Position numbers and translations under genes: made by a program | Shown: positions 17,727 to 28,567 of the stretch, one piece after another | How positions within the stretch are numbered: position 1 is the first letter of the stretch | How the letters are laid out: every line of letters starts with the position of its first letter | The notes under the pieces: model-generated | Seen by the model: only the letters and a program-made list of their open reading frames with translations | Told to the model about the DNA's origin: nothing | Database searches by the model: none | Source: Deltaproteobacteria bacterium | GTDB taxonomy: Bacteria > Myxococcota > UBA727 > JABDBI01 | Assembly (NCBI GenBank): GCA_016432245.1 | Contig: CP066680.1 | Location: 238,303 to 302,302 of the forward strand | Direction: 5' to 3' | Length of the DNA: 64,000 nucleotides

Positions 17727-20700
17727 ATGCATATAAACGACTTTACACATCTTCACCTCCATACACAATATTCATTTCTAGATGGTGCCATTCGAATTTC
17801 TGATTTAATTCCAAAATTACAAGAATTAAATATGAAACAGGTCGCTATTACAGACCACGGTCACATGTTTGGCGCATTAGATTTCTATATACAAACCACA
17901 AAAGCTGGCATAAAGCCAATTATAGGTATTGAGGCCTATATTACTGGCAACGCAAGATATACTGAAAAAGTAAGAGAAAATTTTCACATAATTTTACTAG
18001 CTGAAAATAATATTGGCCTTAAAAATTTAAAACAATTAATATCTAAGGCCTTTCTTTATGGAAAATATTACCTACCAAGAATTGATAAATCGCTCTTATT
18101 TGAACACAAAGAAGGGCTTATTGCACTTTCTGCATGTTTAGGCGGCGAAGTTGCAAAAAAATTTATAGAAGAGTCTCCAGACGCATCCATAAAAGCAATT
18201 CAAGATTTTAAACAAATTTTTGGTCCAAAACATTTTTACCTAGAAATTCAACCAAATGGATTACCAGAACAAGTAAAATTAAACTCATTCCTAGCTGAAG
18301 TAGCCATAGCAGAAAAATTAAATCTCGTCGCAACTAATGATTGCCATTACATACATAAAGATGGATATGAAGCCCAAAACGTATTAATGGCAATCCGGCA
18401 GCGCTCTTCGATATACAACCCCTCTATGCATACTCATAAATCAACAGCCTTTTATTTAAGATCCGGACAAGAAATGTGGGACTTGCTTAAAGATGAATTT
18501 CCGTCTGCTTTTGAAAACACATTTGAAATAAGTCAGCGATGCAATGTATCTTTAAATTTAAATTTAGAATTATCTACTCAATATTTTCAGCTTCCTATTC
18601 TTGCCTCAAACGGTTTTGACAAATTAAAAAATGCCATTTATGAGGGACTAAAAAACAGATTAAGAGAAATTTTTTCTCCCAATTTCTACAACTATATTCA
18701 AAGACTTAATAATGAAATCAATTCAATCCAATCATTAGGATTTGTAAACTACTTTTTAATTGTACAAGAATTTATAAATTGGGCTCGGAAAAAAAAAATA
18801 CGAGTTGGGCCTGGTCGTGGTTCTGGCGCAGGAAGCTTAGTAGCCTTCGTTCTTAGAATTACCAATATCGACCCAATTTTTCACAAATTACTTTTTGAAA
18901 GATTCTTAAATTCGGAAAGGGTATCAATGCCAGACTTTGATATCGATTTCATGCAAAAAAGAAGAAGCGAAGTAATCCGTCATGTTTGTGCAAAATATGG
19001 AAGAGAGCACGTCGCTCAAATCGCAACCTTTTCATCTTTAAATGCTAAAAGTTTAGTGAAAGATGTAGCTAGAGCCGTCTCAATTCCCTTTAACGAAATT
19101 AATGAATTAACAAAAAGTGTTCCTAGTATGATCGAAGGCCATAAAATTTCATTTAAAAATTTTCTAATTCATTCACCTCATATAGAAAATAGAGCAAAAA
19201 CTCTTCATCAATATCAAACACTTCTATCCACCGCACCAATACTCGAAGGACTCTTACGACAAGCAGGAATCCATGCTGCTGGCGTTGTAATTTCTCAAAA
19301 ATCACTTTTAGAATACTCATCATTATCCAAAGGTCCACATCAAGAAATATTTATTCAATGCGATAAGAATATGTTAGACGTATCTGGCTTAGTAAAATTT
19401 GACTTGCTAGGTCTAAAAACACTTGATCTACTTTCGATTGCAGAAAACCTAATCAACAAACGCTTAAAAAGACAAAATCTGCCTCCTTTTAGTGTTGAAA
19501 TTTTATCTCCATATTCAAAAGAATCATTCCCTGTATATAAATTAATTGCCTCTGGGGATACTTACGGCATTTTCCAGTTTGAATCTCCTGGATTCCAAGA
19601 ATTATGTCGCAAATTAAAACCGAACCAATTTGAACATATTGTTGCCGCTACTGCATTATACCGCCCTGGTCCAATTCAGGCAGGAATGACAAAAAATTTC
19701 ATTGAAAGAAAGCTAGGTATTCGAAACACTGTCTATCCTCATCCTTTATTACAAACTCTCCTAAAGGAAACATTTGGTACCTTTGTCTATCAAGAACAAA
19801 TACTGATAGCTGCTCAAACATTAGCAGGATATTCCCTTGGTGCTGCTGACTTATTAAGGCAAGCCATGAGTAAAAAACAATCAACTGAAATGGAACAACA
19901 AAGATCTGATTTTGTGTCAGGGTGTCTGAGATTAAATAATATTAGTGATAAAATTGCAAATTCCATTTTCGATTCTATTAGAGAATTCGCACGTTATGGA
20001 TTTAATAAAAGCCATGCTACTGCATATTCTTGGATAACTTATCAAACAGCTTATTTAAAATACTATTACCCTATCGAGTTCCTAACCGCTTTATTATCTA
20101 CATCAATTGATTCATCCGTAGATATGTCAAAATACATTAGAGACGCGAGGAGTGCTTGTATAAACATTCTTCCGCCAAATATAAATAAATCACTTCGTTC
20201 CTTCTCTCTAGAAAACCAAGATATTCGATTTGGGCTTAATGCAATCAAAGGAATTGGTACAATCGCTTTAAATGTAATAATTAAAGCAAGAATTATTTAT
20301 AAACAATTTCTTAATCTTTTTGACTTCTGCGAAAAAGTATCTTTAAATAAAATTAATAAAAAAATAATTGAGGTATTAGTAAAATCTGGCTCAATGGATA
20401 TTTTTGGCCCAAGCAGAAAACAAATGTATCTCGCTATCCCAAATGCGATTACTTCGGCTCGTAGAACCCAAAAAGATTTAAAAAATAAAAACCCATATTT
20501 ACTTAAAGACATGAATTTATTCAATCTTGAAAAATACGAAAACTGTGACGAATGGGAAGCTAGAGAAAAAAGAAAATTTGAACAACTTACACTAGGCATG
20601 TTTCTAGCCTCACATCCTTTAATCAAATACAAAAATGACAATCAATTGCTAAATGTAATCTCAACAAAAGAGATTCCTTTTCGTAGAAAATTTTCTCATA

Positions 20701-21206
20701 TTCAAATTATTGGAATGGTTTCTGAAATTAAAGAATTATTCAATAAAAAAAAAGAAAAATGGGCTCTCTTAACTATTGAAGACTTGTACGGATCTACTCA
20801 AATGTTTGTTTATAATCAAGAATATAAGCAATTTAGAAGGTACTTAAGATTTCCTGAACCTATTATTATTAAAGCACAATTTTTACGAAAAAGAAAATTT
20901 GAACAAAATTTTCTAACCATTCCTAAATTAAAACTTATAAATGTTGAATTTGCGTGCAATATAAAAGAAGAAAAGACTAAATTTGTACAAATAATGTTCC
21001 CATCTTCAAATTTCGACACAATCAAAGCATTTCAATTATGCAAAAAGTACAAAGGAAATAAACAAATTAAGCTAACTTTTATTATTGATCAAAATTCTTT
21101 TATATATTACCCTTGCTTAAAATTAAAGGTAAACACAAATGATGATTTTTTTATCTCAATTAATCATTCAAAAGGATTTATAGGGGTCTCTAGAGATTAT
21201 TTATAA
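17727..21206 (+). CDS. dnaE: DNA polymerase III alpha subunit
   Basis: PHP domain HLHLHTQYSFLDGA, palm motifs GPGRGSGAGSLVAF and PDFDIDF, 1159 aa. Confidence 0.95.
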   Translation: MHINDFTHLHLHTQYSFLDGAIRISDLIPKLQELNMKQVAITDHGHMFGALDFYIQTTKAGIKPIIGIEAYITGNARYTEKVRENFHIILLAENNIGLKNLKQLISKAFLYGKYYLPRIDKSLLFEHKEGLIALSACLGGEVAKKFIEESPDASIKAIQDFKQIFGPKHFYLEIQPNGLPEQVKLNSFLAEVAIAEKLNLVATNDCHYIHKDGYEAQNVLMAIRQRSSIYNPSMHTHKSTAFYLRSGQEMWDLLKDEFPSAFENTFEISQRCNVSLNLNLELSTQYFQLPILASNGFDKLKNAIYEGLKNRLREIFSPNFYNYIQRLNNEINSIQSLGFVNYFLIVQEFINWARKKKIRVGPGRGSGAGSLVAFVLRITNIDPIFHKLLFERFLNSERVSMPDFDIDFMQKRRSEVIRHVCAKYGREHVAQIATFSSLNAKSLVKDVARAVSIPFNEINELTKSVPSMIEGHKISFKNFLIHSPHIENRAKTLHQYQTLLSTAPILEGLLRQAGIHAAGVVISQKSLLEYSSLSKGPHQEIFIQCDKNMLDVSGLVKFDLLGLKTLDLLSIAENLINKRLKRQNLPPFSVEILSPYSKESFPVYKLIASGDTYGIFQFESPGFQELCRKLKPNQFEHIVAATALYRPGPIQAGMTKNFIERKLGIRNTVYPHPLLQTLLKETFGTFVYQEQILIAAQTLAGYSLGAADLLRQAMSKKQSTEMEQQRSDFVSGCLRLNNISDKIANSIFDSIREFARYGFNKSHATAYSWITYQTAYLKYYYPIEFLTALLSTSIDSSVDMSKYIRDARSACINILPPNINKSLRSFSLENQDIRFGLNAIKGIGTIALNVIIKARIIYKQFLNLFDFCEKVSLNKINKKIIEVLVKSGSMDIFGPSRKQMYLAIPNAITSARRTQKDLKNKNPYLLKDMNLFNLEKYENCDEWEAREKRKFEQLTLGMFLASHPLIKYKNDNQLLNVISTKEIPFRRKFSHIQIIGMVSEIKELFNKKKEKWALLTIEDLYGSTQMFVYNQEYKQFRRYLRFPEPIIIKAQFLRKRKFEQNFLTIPKLKLINVEFACNIKEEKTKFVQIMFPSSNFDTIKAFQLCKKYKGNKQIKLTFIIDQNSFIYYPCLKLKVNTNDDFFISINHSKGFIGVSRDYL

Positions 21207-21217
21207 TTGATCTCTCT

Positions 21218-22261
21218 TTATTGCACACAAGAAGATTTTCCTACTCTTATCTTCTCTTCAATCTCCCGCAAAATGTTTTCATGTGCAGTCAAAAACAAAC
21301 GTGCATTTTCTTTTCCTTGCCCAAGCTTCTCGTTTTGATAACTCAACCAAGTTCCATTTTTTTCAATAATGTTCATATCCACTGCCATTTCAATAATTTC
21401 ACTTTCTCTAATAATACCTTGCCCATATAAAATATCAAATTCAGCTTCCCGAAAAGGTGGCGCAACTTTGTTTTTCACTATTTTAACCCGTGTACGATTT
21501 CCTATAGCCTGATCTCCATTCTTAATTGATCCTATTTTGCGAATGTCTAATCTTACGCTAGCATAAAATTTTAGAGCATTTCCTCCAGGCGTTGTTTCAG
21601 GATTTCCAAATGCAATACCAATTTTCATCCTAAGCTGATTTATAAATATAATACTTGTACCACTTTTTGACAATGTTGCTGTTATCTTCCTCAAAGCTTG
21701 GCTCATAAGTCGTGCTTGTAATCCAATATGTGAATCTCCCATTTCTCCCTCTATCTCAACTTTAGGCACTAATGCCGCTACCGAATCTACTACAATTAAA
21801 TCGATAGACCCTGACCTCACTAACATATCAGCAATTTCCAAAGCTTGCTCTCCCGTATCTGGTTGTGAAATTAATAAATCTTCTATCTTAATGCCAAGTT
21901 TTTTTGCATAATTAATGTCCAGTGCATGTTCAGCATCTATAAAAGCAGCTACTCCTCCTTTTGTTTGTACTTCAGCTATAGCATGCAAAGCTAGGGTAGT
22001 TTTTCCACTAGACTCTGGACCGTATATCTCAACAATTCTCCCTCTAGGGTACCCTCCGATGCCAAGTGAAAAATCTAAATTAAGCGAACCTGTAGATATA
22101 ACTTCAATATCTGAAATCAAAGGTTCATTGGTACCCAATCTCATAATTGAACCTTTTCCAAATTGTTTCTCAATATTTGACACTGCCAAATCTAATGATT
22201 TTACTCGATCTTTCATTGGTAAAGTCTCCTTTAAATCTTTTACTACAACATTTTTACTCAT
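21218..22261 (-). CDS. recA: recombinase RecA
   Basis: [18 protein letters not shown] (Walker A), [19 protein letters not shown], and [15 protein letters not shown]. Confidence 0.97.
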   Translation of the reverse strand: MSKNVVVKDLKETLPMKDRVKSLDLAVSNIEKQFGKGSIMRLGTNEPLISDIEVISTGSLNLDFSLGIGGYPRGRIVEIYGPESSGKTTLALHAIAEVQTKGGVAAFIDAEHALDINYAKKLGIKIEDLLISQPDTGEQALEIADMLVRSGSIDLIVVDSVAALVPKVEIEGEMGDSHIGLQARLMSQALRKITATLSKSGTSIIFINQLRMKIGIAFGNPETTPGGNALKFYASVRLDIRKIGSIKNGDQAIGNRTRVKIVKNKVAPPFREAEFDILYGQGIIRESEIIEMAVDMNIIEKNGTWLSYQNEKLGQGKENARLFLTAHENILREIEEKIRVGKSSCVQ

Positions 22262-22309
22262 TTCAAACCTATATTTTAATAAAAAAATAATTTACATAAC
22301 CCAACTAAA

Positions 22310-22390
22310 TGCCGAAGGTCGGACTTGAACCAACATGACATAAGTCACTGGATTTTGAGTCCAGCGCGGCTACCATTTCGCCACTTCGGC
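22310..22390 (-). tRNA. tRNA-Leu (anticodon CAA), class II
   Basis: gccgaag/tg/gcg-aaatggtagc-cgc/g/ctgga-ctCAAaa-tccag/tgacttatgtcat/gttgg-ttcaagt-ccgac/cttcggc/a. Confidence 0.85.
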
Positions 22391-22520
22391 AATTAAACAT
22401 AACTTATTATATTATAATATAATTCTAATTAAAAAAAACACAAGTCAGTCGTTGTATTAATCCTGCATTTTCTTGACACTTGCTATTCATAAAATACATT
22501 AAAAATTATTCAAATATACA

Positions 22521-23714
22521 ATGTTTAAAAATATTTTTTCAGTAAACGAATCTATTAAAGCTGTAAATAAAGACCTAGATACAAAATATAGTAACATGAA
22601 AATATTAGGAGAGATCTCTATGTTTAAACCATGGAGGTCTGGTCATGCTTATTTTGACTTAAAAGATAATGAATCAATCCTTCCTGCCGTTCTTTTAAAA
22701 AAAAATTATGATTCAATAAATTTTAAAATAGCTGACGGATTAAAGGTTATCGCATGCGGAAATATCGTCATCTATACTCCAAAATCAAAACTTCAACTAC
22801 TTGTGTCTTCAATTGAGCCTCTCGGTATCGGTTCTTTATCTCTTCAATTTCAACGACTAAAAGAAAAACTCTCTTCCGAAGGACTGTTTGATATGGCTTT
22901 TAAAAAAAAATTACCATACTGCCCCAATTGCATTGGAATTGTCACATCCCCTCAAAGCGCAGCTTTACAAGACCTCTTGCTTATATTACATCAAAGAATG
23001 CCTTGTTTAAATATTTTAATTGCCCCCTCTAAAGTTCAAGGAGAAAATTCAGAAGTGGAAATTTCAAATGCCATCTGGAGACTAGATAATACTAAGACTT
23101 GCGATATCATTATTTTGGCAAGAGGAGGAGGATCTCATGAAGATTTAGAGTCCTTTAATAAAGAATCAATTGCTAGAACTATCTTTAATTGTAAAACTCC
23201 CATTATTAGCTCGATTGGACATGAAAATGATTATTGCATCGCCGACCTTGTAGCAGATGTACGCTGTGCAACCCCTTCACATGCCGCTCAAATTGCAACT
23301 CCTATAAAAAGCGAAATTATTACAAAAATAAACATTATCAAAATTAATCTAAGAAAAATACTAGAATCACAAATCCGTTCGAAAGAACTACATTTATCTA
23401 ATTTACTGACCCATCTAGTCTCTCCCCAAGAAGCTTTAAACAAAAAAATATATTCTCTAAAAAAAAATCTTATACAATTAAATAACAAATTAACTTTTGC
23501 ATTTCAAAATACAAAATCACGCCTCTCAATCCTAAGAGAAAAATTGAACATGCTCTCACCTCTTCAAGTTCTTTCTCGTGGATATGCTATCTTACATAAA
23601 TCAAATAAAATAGTCTTCTCCATTGCAGACATTAATACAAATGATATATTAAAAGTAAGAATTTTAGATGGCTTTTTAGAAATAAAGGTAAATAAAAAAT
23701 GGAACTTGAATTGA
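22521..23714 (+). CDS. xseA: exodeoxyribonuclease VII large subunit
   Basis: N-terminal OB fold (GEISMFKPWRSGHAYFDLKD), IGIVTSPQSAALQD, and ILARGGGSHEDL...SSIGHENDY. Confidence 0.9.
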   Translation: MFKNIFSVNESIKAVNKDLDTKYSNMKILGEISMFKPWRSGHAYFDLKDNESILPAVLLKKNYDSINFKIADGLKVIACGNIVIYTPKSKLQLLVSSIEPLGIGSLSLQFQRLKEKLSSEGLFDMAFKKKLPYCPNCIGIVTSPQSAALQDLLLILHQRMPCLNILIAPSKVQGENSEVEISNAIWRLDNTKTCDIIILARGGGSHEDLESFNKESIARTIFNCKTPIISSIGHENDYCIADLVADVRCATPSHAAQIATPIKSEIITKINIIKINLRKILESQIRSKELHLSNLLTHLVSPQEALNKKIYSLKKNLIQLNNKLTFAFQNTKSRLSILREKLNMLSPLQVLSRGYAILHKSNKIVFSIADINTNDILKVRILDGFLEIKVNKKWNLN

Positions 23715-23893
23715 TATTAAAAAAACTTGAAATTTTAATCAAAGACCTTGAACAGGGAGATCTTCCTATTGAAAAAAGTTTACAAATATATGAAGAGGGC
23801 ATTGTTTTGGCTAAAAAAGCAGAAGAAAAAATAAATAACATCCAAGGAAAAATTGAAAAAATTTCTTCAGATGGAGAAATTAAGCCCTTTTAA
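23699..23893 (+). CDS. xseB: exodeoxyribonuclease VII small subunit
   Basis: LEILIKDLEQGDLPIEKSLQIYEEGIVLAKK matches XseB (LE.iv..LE.g.l.Leesl..ye.G..L...C). Overlaps the xseA end by 16 nt. Confidence 0.8.
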   Translation: MELELILKKLEILIKDLEQGDLPIEKSLQIYEEGIVLAKKAEEKINNIQGKIEKISSDGEIKPF

Positions 23894-26432
23894 TTTCTAA
23901 AAACCTATATATATCATCAAATAAACTATTTAACACTACAATTCCTTGTCCAAATATTTCTATATGTGACTTAAAATTTAACCCATATATTTTTATATTC
24001 TCCCTTTTTAATGAAGAAAAAAAATCATTCATTTTAACCTTATTTACTGCACCTTTTGTGCTTATACACACAATGTTCCATTCCTCTCTTAATGTATAAA
24101 AAGCAAATATTATGACTCCCTCATGTGAATACCGCTTCAATTCTCCTATATAGATTCCTTTATCTTCTAACAATAAAACTTTTACCATCTTAATTAAAAT
24201 AGAAAGATTGTCTTTTATAATTATTTGACTTTGAGCTAAAGATATTTCATCTTTAGCTTTTTGTATTTTTATCTTCAACATTTGCTTTTTTATTCTTTTA
24301 GATTCTTCAATTAAATTACGCACTTTTTCCTCAACTTCACTTAATGAAACATTTAGAGTATGTATAAGATTTTTCATTATTTTTTTTTCTTTATTAGTAA
24401 TGTCTAAGGCTTCTTGCGCCGTAACTGCCTCAATTCTTCTGATACCAAATGATACTGGTTTTTGGTTTTCAATTCTAAAACAAACAATCTCCCCTGTATG
24501 TTGAACATGAGAGCCTCCACATAACTCTTTAGAAATATTACCTATCTTAACCCCTCGAACCTCTCTGGAATATTTCTCGTCCAATAAAGTTAAATATCCT
24601 TCTTTCTTTGCCTTATCTAACGGTAAATTTACAATTTCTATTGAATGTTTCTCTAAAATCCATTGAGACATAAGAGACTCAATCCTTATCACCTGCTCAA
24701 CCGTTAAAGATTCAAATGATGAAAAATCAAATCTTAAGCGACTTGATGAGATTGAAGACCCTTTCTGTATTACATATTCACCCAACACACTCTTTAAAGC
24801 ACTTTGCAATAAATGTGTAGCCGTATGATTGCGACTAAGACCTTTTCGCTTGTCTCTATCAACGCAAGCTTTTAAATATACGCCTTCTAACAGCTGGCTA
24901 GGGATCCTATCAACTAAGTGAGCTGATAATCCATAAATCTTCTTAGTTGTAAGAACATTTATTTTTTCCTCTCCCAAATAAAGAGCTCCACTATCTCCTT
25001 CCTGGCCACCTGACTCTGCATAAAATGGCGTTTGCTTAAAAAATAAATACCTTTGATATATACCTTCCACCTTGATATCCATCTCTAGAACATCACAATA
25101 TTCAGTATCACCAAACTTATGATAAAGACCATTAAGTTTATCTAAGTCCTGCGTAAGCCCCATACCACTATCACCTACATTTAACATCTTTTTCTTTTCC
25201 AAATTAAACCCTTCCCAATCAATCTCCTTTCCTTTTTGAGCTGCTAAAATTTTTATAAAATCTGGTGGAAATCCATGTGTGTCATACATCTTATATACAA
25301 CTCTTCCATCAAGCACCTTGGTCTCTCCCATTTCTAAAATAATAGAATCGAACATACGCACGCCGATTTCAAGAGTTTTTCGAAATGACCTTTCTTCACA
25401 TTCAACTATTTTTCTCAATAAAAATTCTGTTCCTTTTATTACGGGATATACTGCCTCATAAATTTGAAAAATTTTGTTGCAAATACTAAATAAGCAAAAA
25501 TTATTTCCTCCCAGCTGAAGTCCATATTGAATAGATCTTCTTATAAGCCTCCTCAATATATACCCTCTACCTTCATTATCAGGAAAAATGCCCTCTGCAA
25601 TTAAACACACTATAGCTCTTCCATGATCAACTAATATTCGAATGATACTATCTGAATATTCTAACGTATTCAAATATTTCTTTTTTGATACAATCTCACA
25701 ATATCTTATAGCCTCTTTAAATAAATCAGTTTCGTACGCTCCCGTTACTTTATTAATTACAGAACATATCCTTTCTAATCCCATTCCTGTGTCTACTCCT
25801 GAAAGTGGCAACCTCACAATTTCCTCATTAGACAAAATTTCATATTCCATAAAAACTAAATTCCATAATTCCAATAACTCACTTCCTGTATCATAATGAA
25901 TCTCTGTACAAGGACCACAAACACCACAATCTCCTATCATCCAAAAATTTTCATTAAAACCCTTCCTTCTTATTCTCTCAGGAGAAAATCCTAACTTTAT
26001 CCAAATTTGCTCAGATTCAAAATCTATAGAAAATTTTTTATTTCCTTCAAATACTGTAATATACACATTTTGAATATCTAATCCTATTTCTTTAAGAAAA
26101 TTAAGTGAATATATGCAACTCTCTGCTTTAAAATAATCTCCAAATGAAAAGCTACCAAGCATCTCAAAAAAAGTATGATGTCGCAAGGAAAAACCAACAG
26201 TTTCAAGATCATTATGCTTTCCCCCTACCCTTAAGCATTTCTGAATGGTAACTACTCTTAAACAAGGAGCATTTTCCTTACCTTTAAAAACATTTTTAAA
26301 TTGTACCATGCCTGAGTTTACAAATAATAATGAATCATCATCCCTTGGCACTAAAGAACTTCCTTGAATTTCATTATGATGTTTGAACTTATAGAAATCT
26401 AAAAAAGAATTTCTAATACTTACGCTTTCCAC
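23880..26432 (-). CDS. alaS: alanyl-tRNA synthetase
   Basis: FLDFYKFKHHNEIQGSSLVP, RHHTFFEMLGSFSFGDYFK, editing-domain HTATHLL and CGGSHV, 850 aa. Confidence 0.95.
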   Translation of the reverse strand: MESVSIRNSFLDFYKFKHHNEIQGSSLVPRDDDSLLFVNSGMVQFKNVFKGKENAPCLRVVTIQKCLRVGGKHNDLETVGFSLRHHTFFEMLGSFSFGDYFKAESCIYSLNFLKEIGLDIQNVYITVFEGNKKFSIDFESEQIWIKLGFSPERIRRKGFNENFWMIGDCGVCGPCTEIHYDTGSELLELWNLVFMEYEILSNEEIVRLPLSGVDTGMGLERICSVINKVTGAYETDLFKEAIRYCEIVSKKKYLNTLEYSDSIIRILVDHGRAIVCLIAEGIFPDNEGRGYILRRLIRRSIQYGLQLGGNNFCLFSICNKIFQIYEAVYPVIKGTEFLLRKIVECEERSFRKTLEIGVRMFDSIILEMGETKVLDGRVVYKMYDTHGFPPDFIKILAAQKGKEIDWEGFNLEKKKMLNVGDSGMGLTQDLDKLNGLYHKFGDTEYCDVLEMDIKVEGIYQRYLFFKQTPFYAESGGQEGDSGALYLGEEKINVLTTKKIYGLSAHLVDRIPSQLLEGVYLKACVDRDKRKGLSRNHTATHLLQSALKSVLGEYVIQKGSSISSSRLRFDFSSFESLTVEQVIRIESLMSQWILEKHSIEIVNLPLDKAKKEGYLTLLDEKYSREVRGVKIGNISKELCGGSHVQHTGEIVCFRIENQKPVSFGIRRIEAVTAQEALDITNKEKKIMKNLIHTLNVSLSEVEEKVRNLIEESKRIKKQMLKIKIQKAKDEISLAQSQIIIKDNLSILIKMVKVLLLEDKGIYIGELKRYSHEGVIIFAFYTLREEWNIVCISTKGAVNKVKMNDFFSSLKRENIKIYGLNFKSHIEIFGQGIVVLNSLFDDIYRFLEIKRA

Positions 26433-26529
26433 ACTATCTCTGTTATCATAATTTGTTTATTAATCAAGGATTTTTAATTTTTATTTTTCCCTATTTACTA
26501 TTTGTTTTAAATAATATATAAATTAAATT

Positions 26530-26835
26530 ATGTCATTTATTGTTACAGACAATTGTCAATTATGTCGATATACAGACTGCGTTACAGTATGCCCCGTAGA
26601 CTGTTTCTATGGAGATGAAACGCAACTTTACATAAATCCTAATGAATGTATAAACTGTGGTGCTTGTGAAATCGAATGCCCCGTTAATGCTATTTTTGAA
26701 GAATCTATGCTTCCTTTAGATAAAAAATACTGGTCCAAAGTAAACGCTGAAAAATCCATAATCTGTCAAAATATTACAACCAGACAAGAACCTCATATTG
26801 AAGCTGATCTAAACAAAAAAAAACTAGGATTCTAA
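26530..26835 (+). CDS. fdxA: ferredoxin (FdxA-type, 3Fe-4S plus 4Fe-4S)
   Basis: CQLCRYTDCVTVCPVDCF and CINCGACEIECPVNAI cluster motifs. Confidence 0.85.
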   Translation: MSFIVTDNCQLCRYTDCVTVCPVDCFYGDETQLYINPNECINCGACEIECPVNAIFEESMLPLDKKYWSKVNAEKSIICQNITTRQEPHIEADLNKKKLGF

Positions 26836-26839
26836 AAAC

Positions 26840-28558
26840 ATGGGAAAAATTAAAATATTGACAGAAAAAGTTGCAAATCAAATAGCTGCCGGAGAAACGA
26901 TTGAATCTACCGCATCTATTATCAAAGAATTGATAGAAAACTCTATAGATGCAAAAGCATCTCAAATCGATATAATTCTCGAACAAAATGGACTAAACAA
27001 AATAACCATAAAAGACAATGGCATAGGGATGGATCCTGAAGACATTCATTGTTGTTTCTTTCGACATGCAACCAGTAAAATTGAATCTCTTTCTGACTTG
27101 TCCACAATTACATCATATGGATTTAGAGGAGAAGCTATATCTGCCATCGCATCTGTATGCAAAATGACAATTACATCGAGATCTGCATCAAGTCAATTCG
27201 CAATTAAAATATCTCTCATGGGCGAAAAACTTATTAACACATCTAGAGCTGGCCGTTCTATAGGAACCACGGTAGACATTGAATCACTATTTTTTAATAC
27301 ACCTGTTCGATTAAAGTTTTTAAAAGACTCTTCTTCTGAATTAAAAAAGATTGAAGATATTATAAAACAATTTTCATTAGCAAACCATAATATACACTAT
27401 CGTCTTTTTCTCAATGAATATCTCAAATTAAATCTTATTCCAATAAAATCAATAAAAGAATTACAACCTAGAATCATCGATTGCTTAAATAAAGATCTGA
27501 CTAATCACTTATTTTACTTTGAAAAAAAAACAAGCAATTTCCTTTTAAATGGATTCCTGTCTAGTCCTTATATTTCTCGCAAGGATTCGCTTGGCCTCCT
27601 TACTTATGTAAATAACAGATTTATAAAAAGCTCTATCCTAATACAGTCTATCAAAATTGCTTATGATACTTTGATGCAAAATTCAAGATACCCACTAGGC
27701 GTCCTTTTTTTTTATATACAGCCTGAATATATAGATATAAATATCCACCCTCAAAAAGCACAAATTAAATTTTTACATACTGATGATATCCAAAAAGACT
27801 TAATTCTATCTATCAAGTCCTTTTTATCAAACACTCCTTGGAGTTATAACTTAAACAAAGAATCAAACTCTACTTTAAAAAATAATCTTATCAACATCAG
27901 TCCTGTCTTAAAAAATAAAAGAGAAAGGCTATTCCCTATAACGGAATCACATAATGCACTACTAAAACAAGAAAAAGAAAAATATTGCGATCTAAAATTT
28001 ATTGGCCAAATATTTAATACTTTTTTAATTCTAGAAAAATCACATACCCTAATATTAATAGATCAGCACGCTGCACATGAGCGTATCAATTTTGAAAGAT
28101 TAAATATGCAAAAAAATAAAATAATCCCTTCTCGCCGTCTTTTATTTCCACAAATCATAACTGTCAGTAGAGTAGATCTATTGACCCTTTTAGAGAAAAT
28201 AAAAATATTTTCTGAATATGGATTTGAATTAGAACCTTTTGGCGCTTCTCAAGTATGTATAAAATCCATTCCAATTGAACTCTCTGATAGTCAAGCAAAA
28301 ACTTTAATTTTAAATACACTATCTGATCTACATACCGAAAATTGGCCTACCAGCCTAATCTCTTTTTCCAATAAAATTATTTCAACAATTGCCTGTCATG
28401 CTTCAATTAAAGCAGGTCAACATTTAAAAACAATTGAAGTAAAATCACTCTTATCCCAATTAGATGCTATCAACTATTCCACCCATTGCCCTCATGGCCG
28501 CCCTGTAACCTATGCTATTTCATCTCAAACTATTGCCAAATGGTTTAGTCGAACATAA
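26840..28558 (+). CDS. mutL: DNA mismatch repair protein MutL
   Basis: GHKL ATPase N-terminus (VANQIAAGETIESTASIIKELIENSIDA, DNGIGM, GFRGEA) and a C-terminal domain with LIDQHAAHERI. Confidence 0.9.
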   Translation: MGKIKILTEKVANQIAAGETIESTASIIKELIENSIDAKASQIDIILEQNGLNKITIKDNGIGMDPEDIHCCFFRHATSKIESLSDLSTITSYGFRGEAISAIASVCKMTITSRSASSQFAIKISLMGEKLINTSRAGRSIGTTVDIESLFFNTPVRLKFLKDSSSELKKIEDIIKQFSLANHNIHYRLFLNEYLKLNLIPIKSIKELQPRIIDCLNKDLTNHLFYFEKKTSNFLLNGFLSSPYISRKDSLGLLTYVNNRFIKSSILIQSIKIAYDTLMQNSRYPLGVLFFYIQPEYIDINIHPQKAQIKFLHTDDIQKDLILSIKSFLSNTPWSYNLNKESNSTLKNNLINISPVLKNKRERLFPITESHNALLKQEKEKYCDLKFIGQIFNTFLILEKSHTLILIDQHAAHERINFERLNMQKNKIIPSRRLLFPQIITVSRVDLLTLLEKIKIFSEYGFELEPFGASQVCIKSIPIELSDSQAKTLILNTLSDLHTENWPTSLISFSNKIISTIACHASIKAGQHLKTIEVKSLLSQLDAINYSTHCPHGRPVTYAISSQTIAKWFSRT

Positions 28559-28567
28559 GATCTCGAT

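Noticed and set aside
21915-22328. Long antisense ORFs opposite conserved genes: 137 aa opposite recA; also 35394-35810 opposite rplA, 34215-34574 opposite rplL, 57632-57988 opposite rpsE, 60374-60691 opposite rplN, and 20297-20641 opposite dnaE
   Set aside because: These are typical shadow frames of strongly codon-constrained genes. Their translations are low-complexity (S/P/F/T-rich) with no motifs, and the sense genes are unambiguous.
22473-22500. TTGACA-16 nt-TACATT promoter-like element upstream of xseA
   Set aside because: The -35 is perfect but the -10 is weak (4/6). AT-rich background produces many such hexamers, so it is not strong enough to list as a feature.
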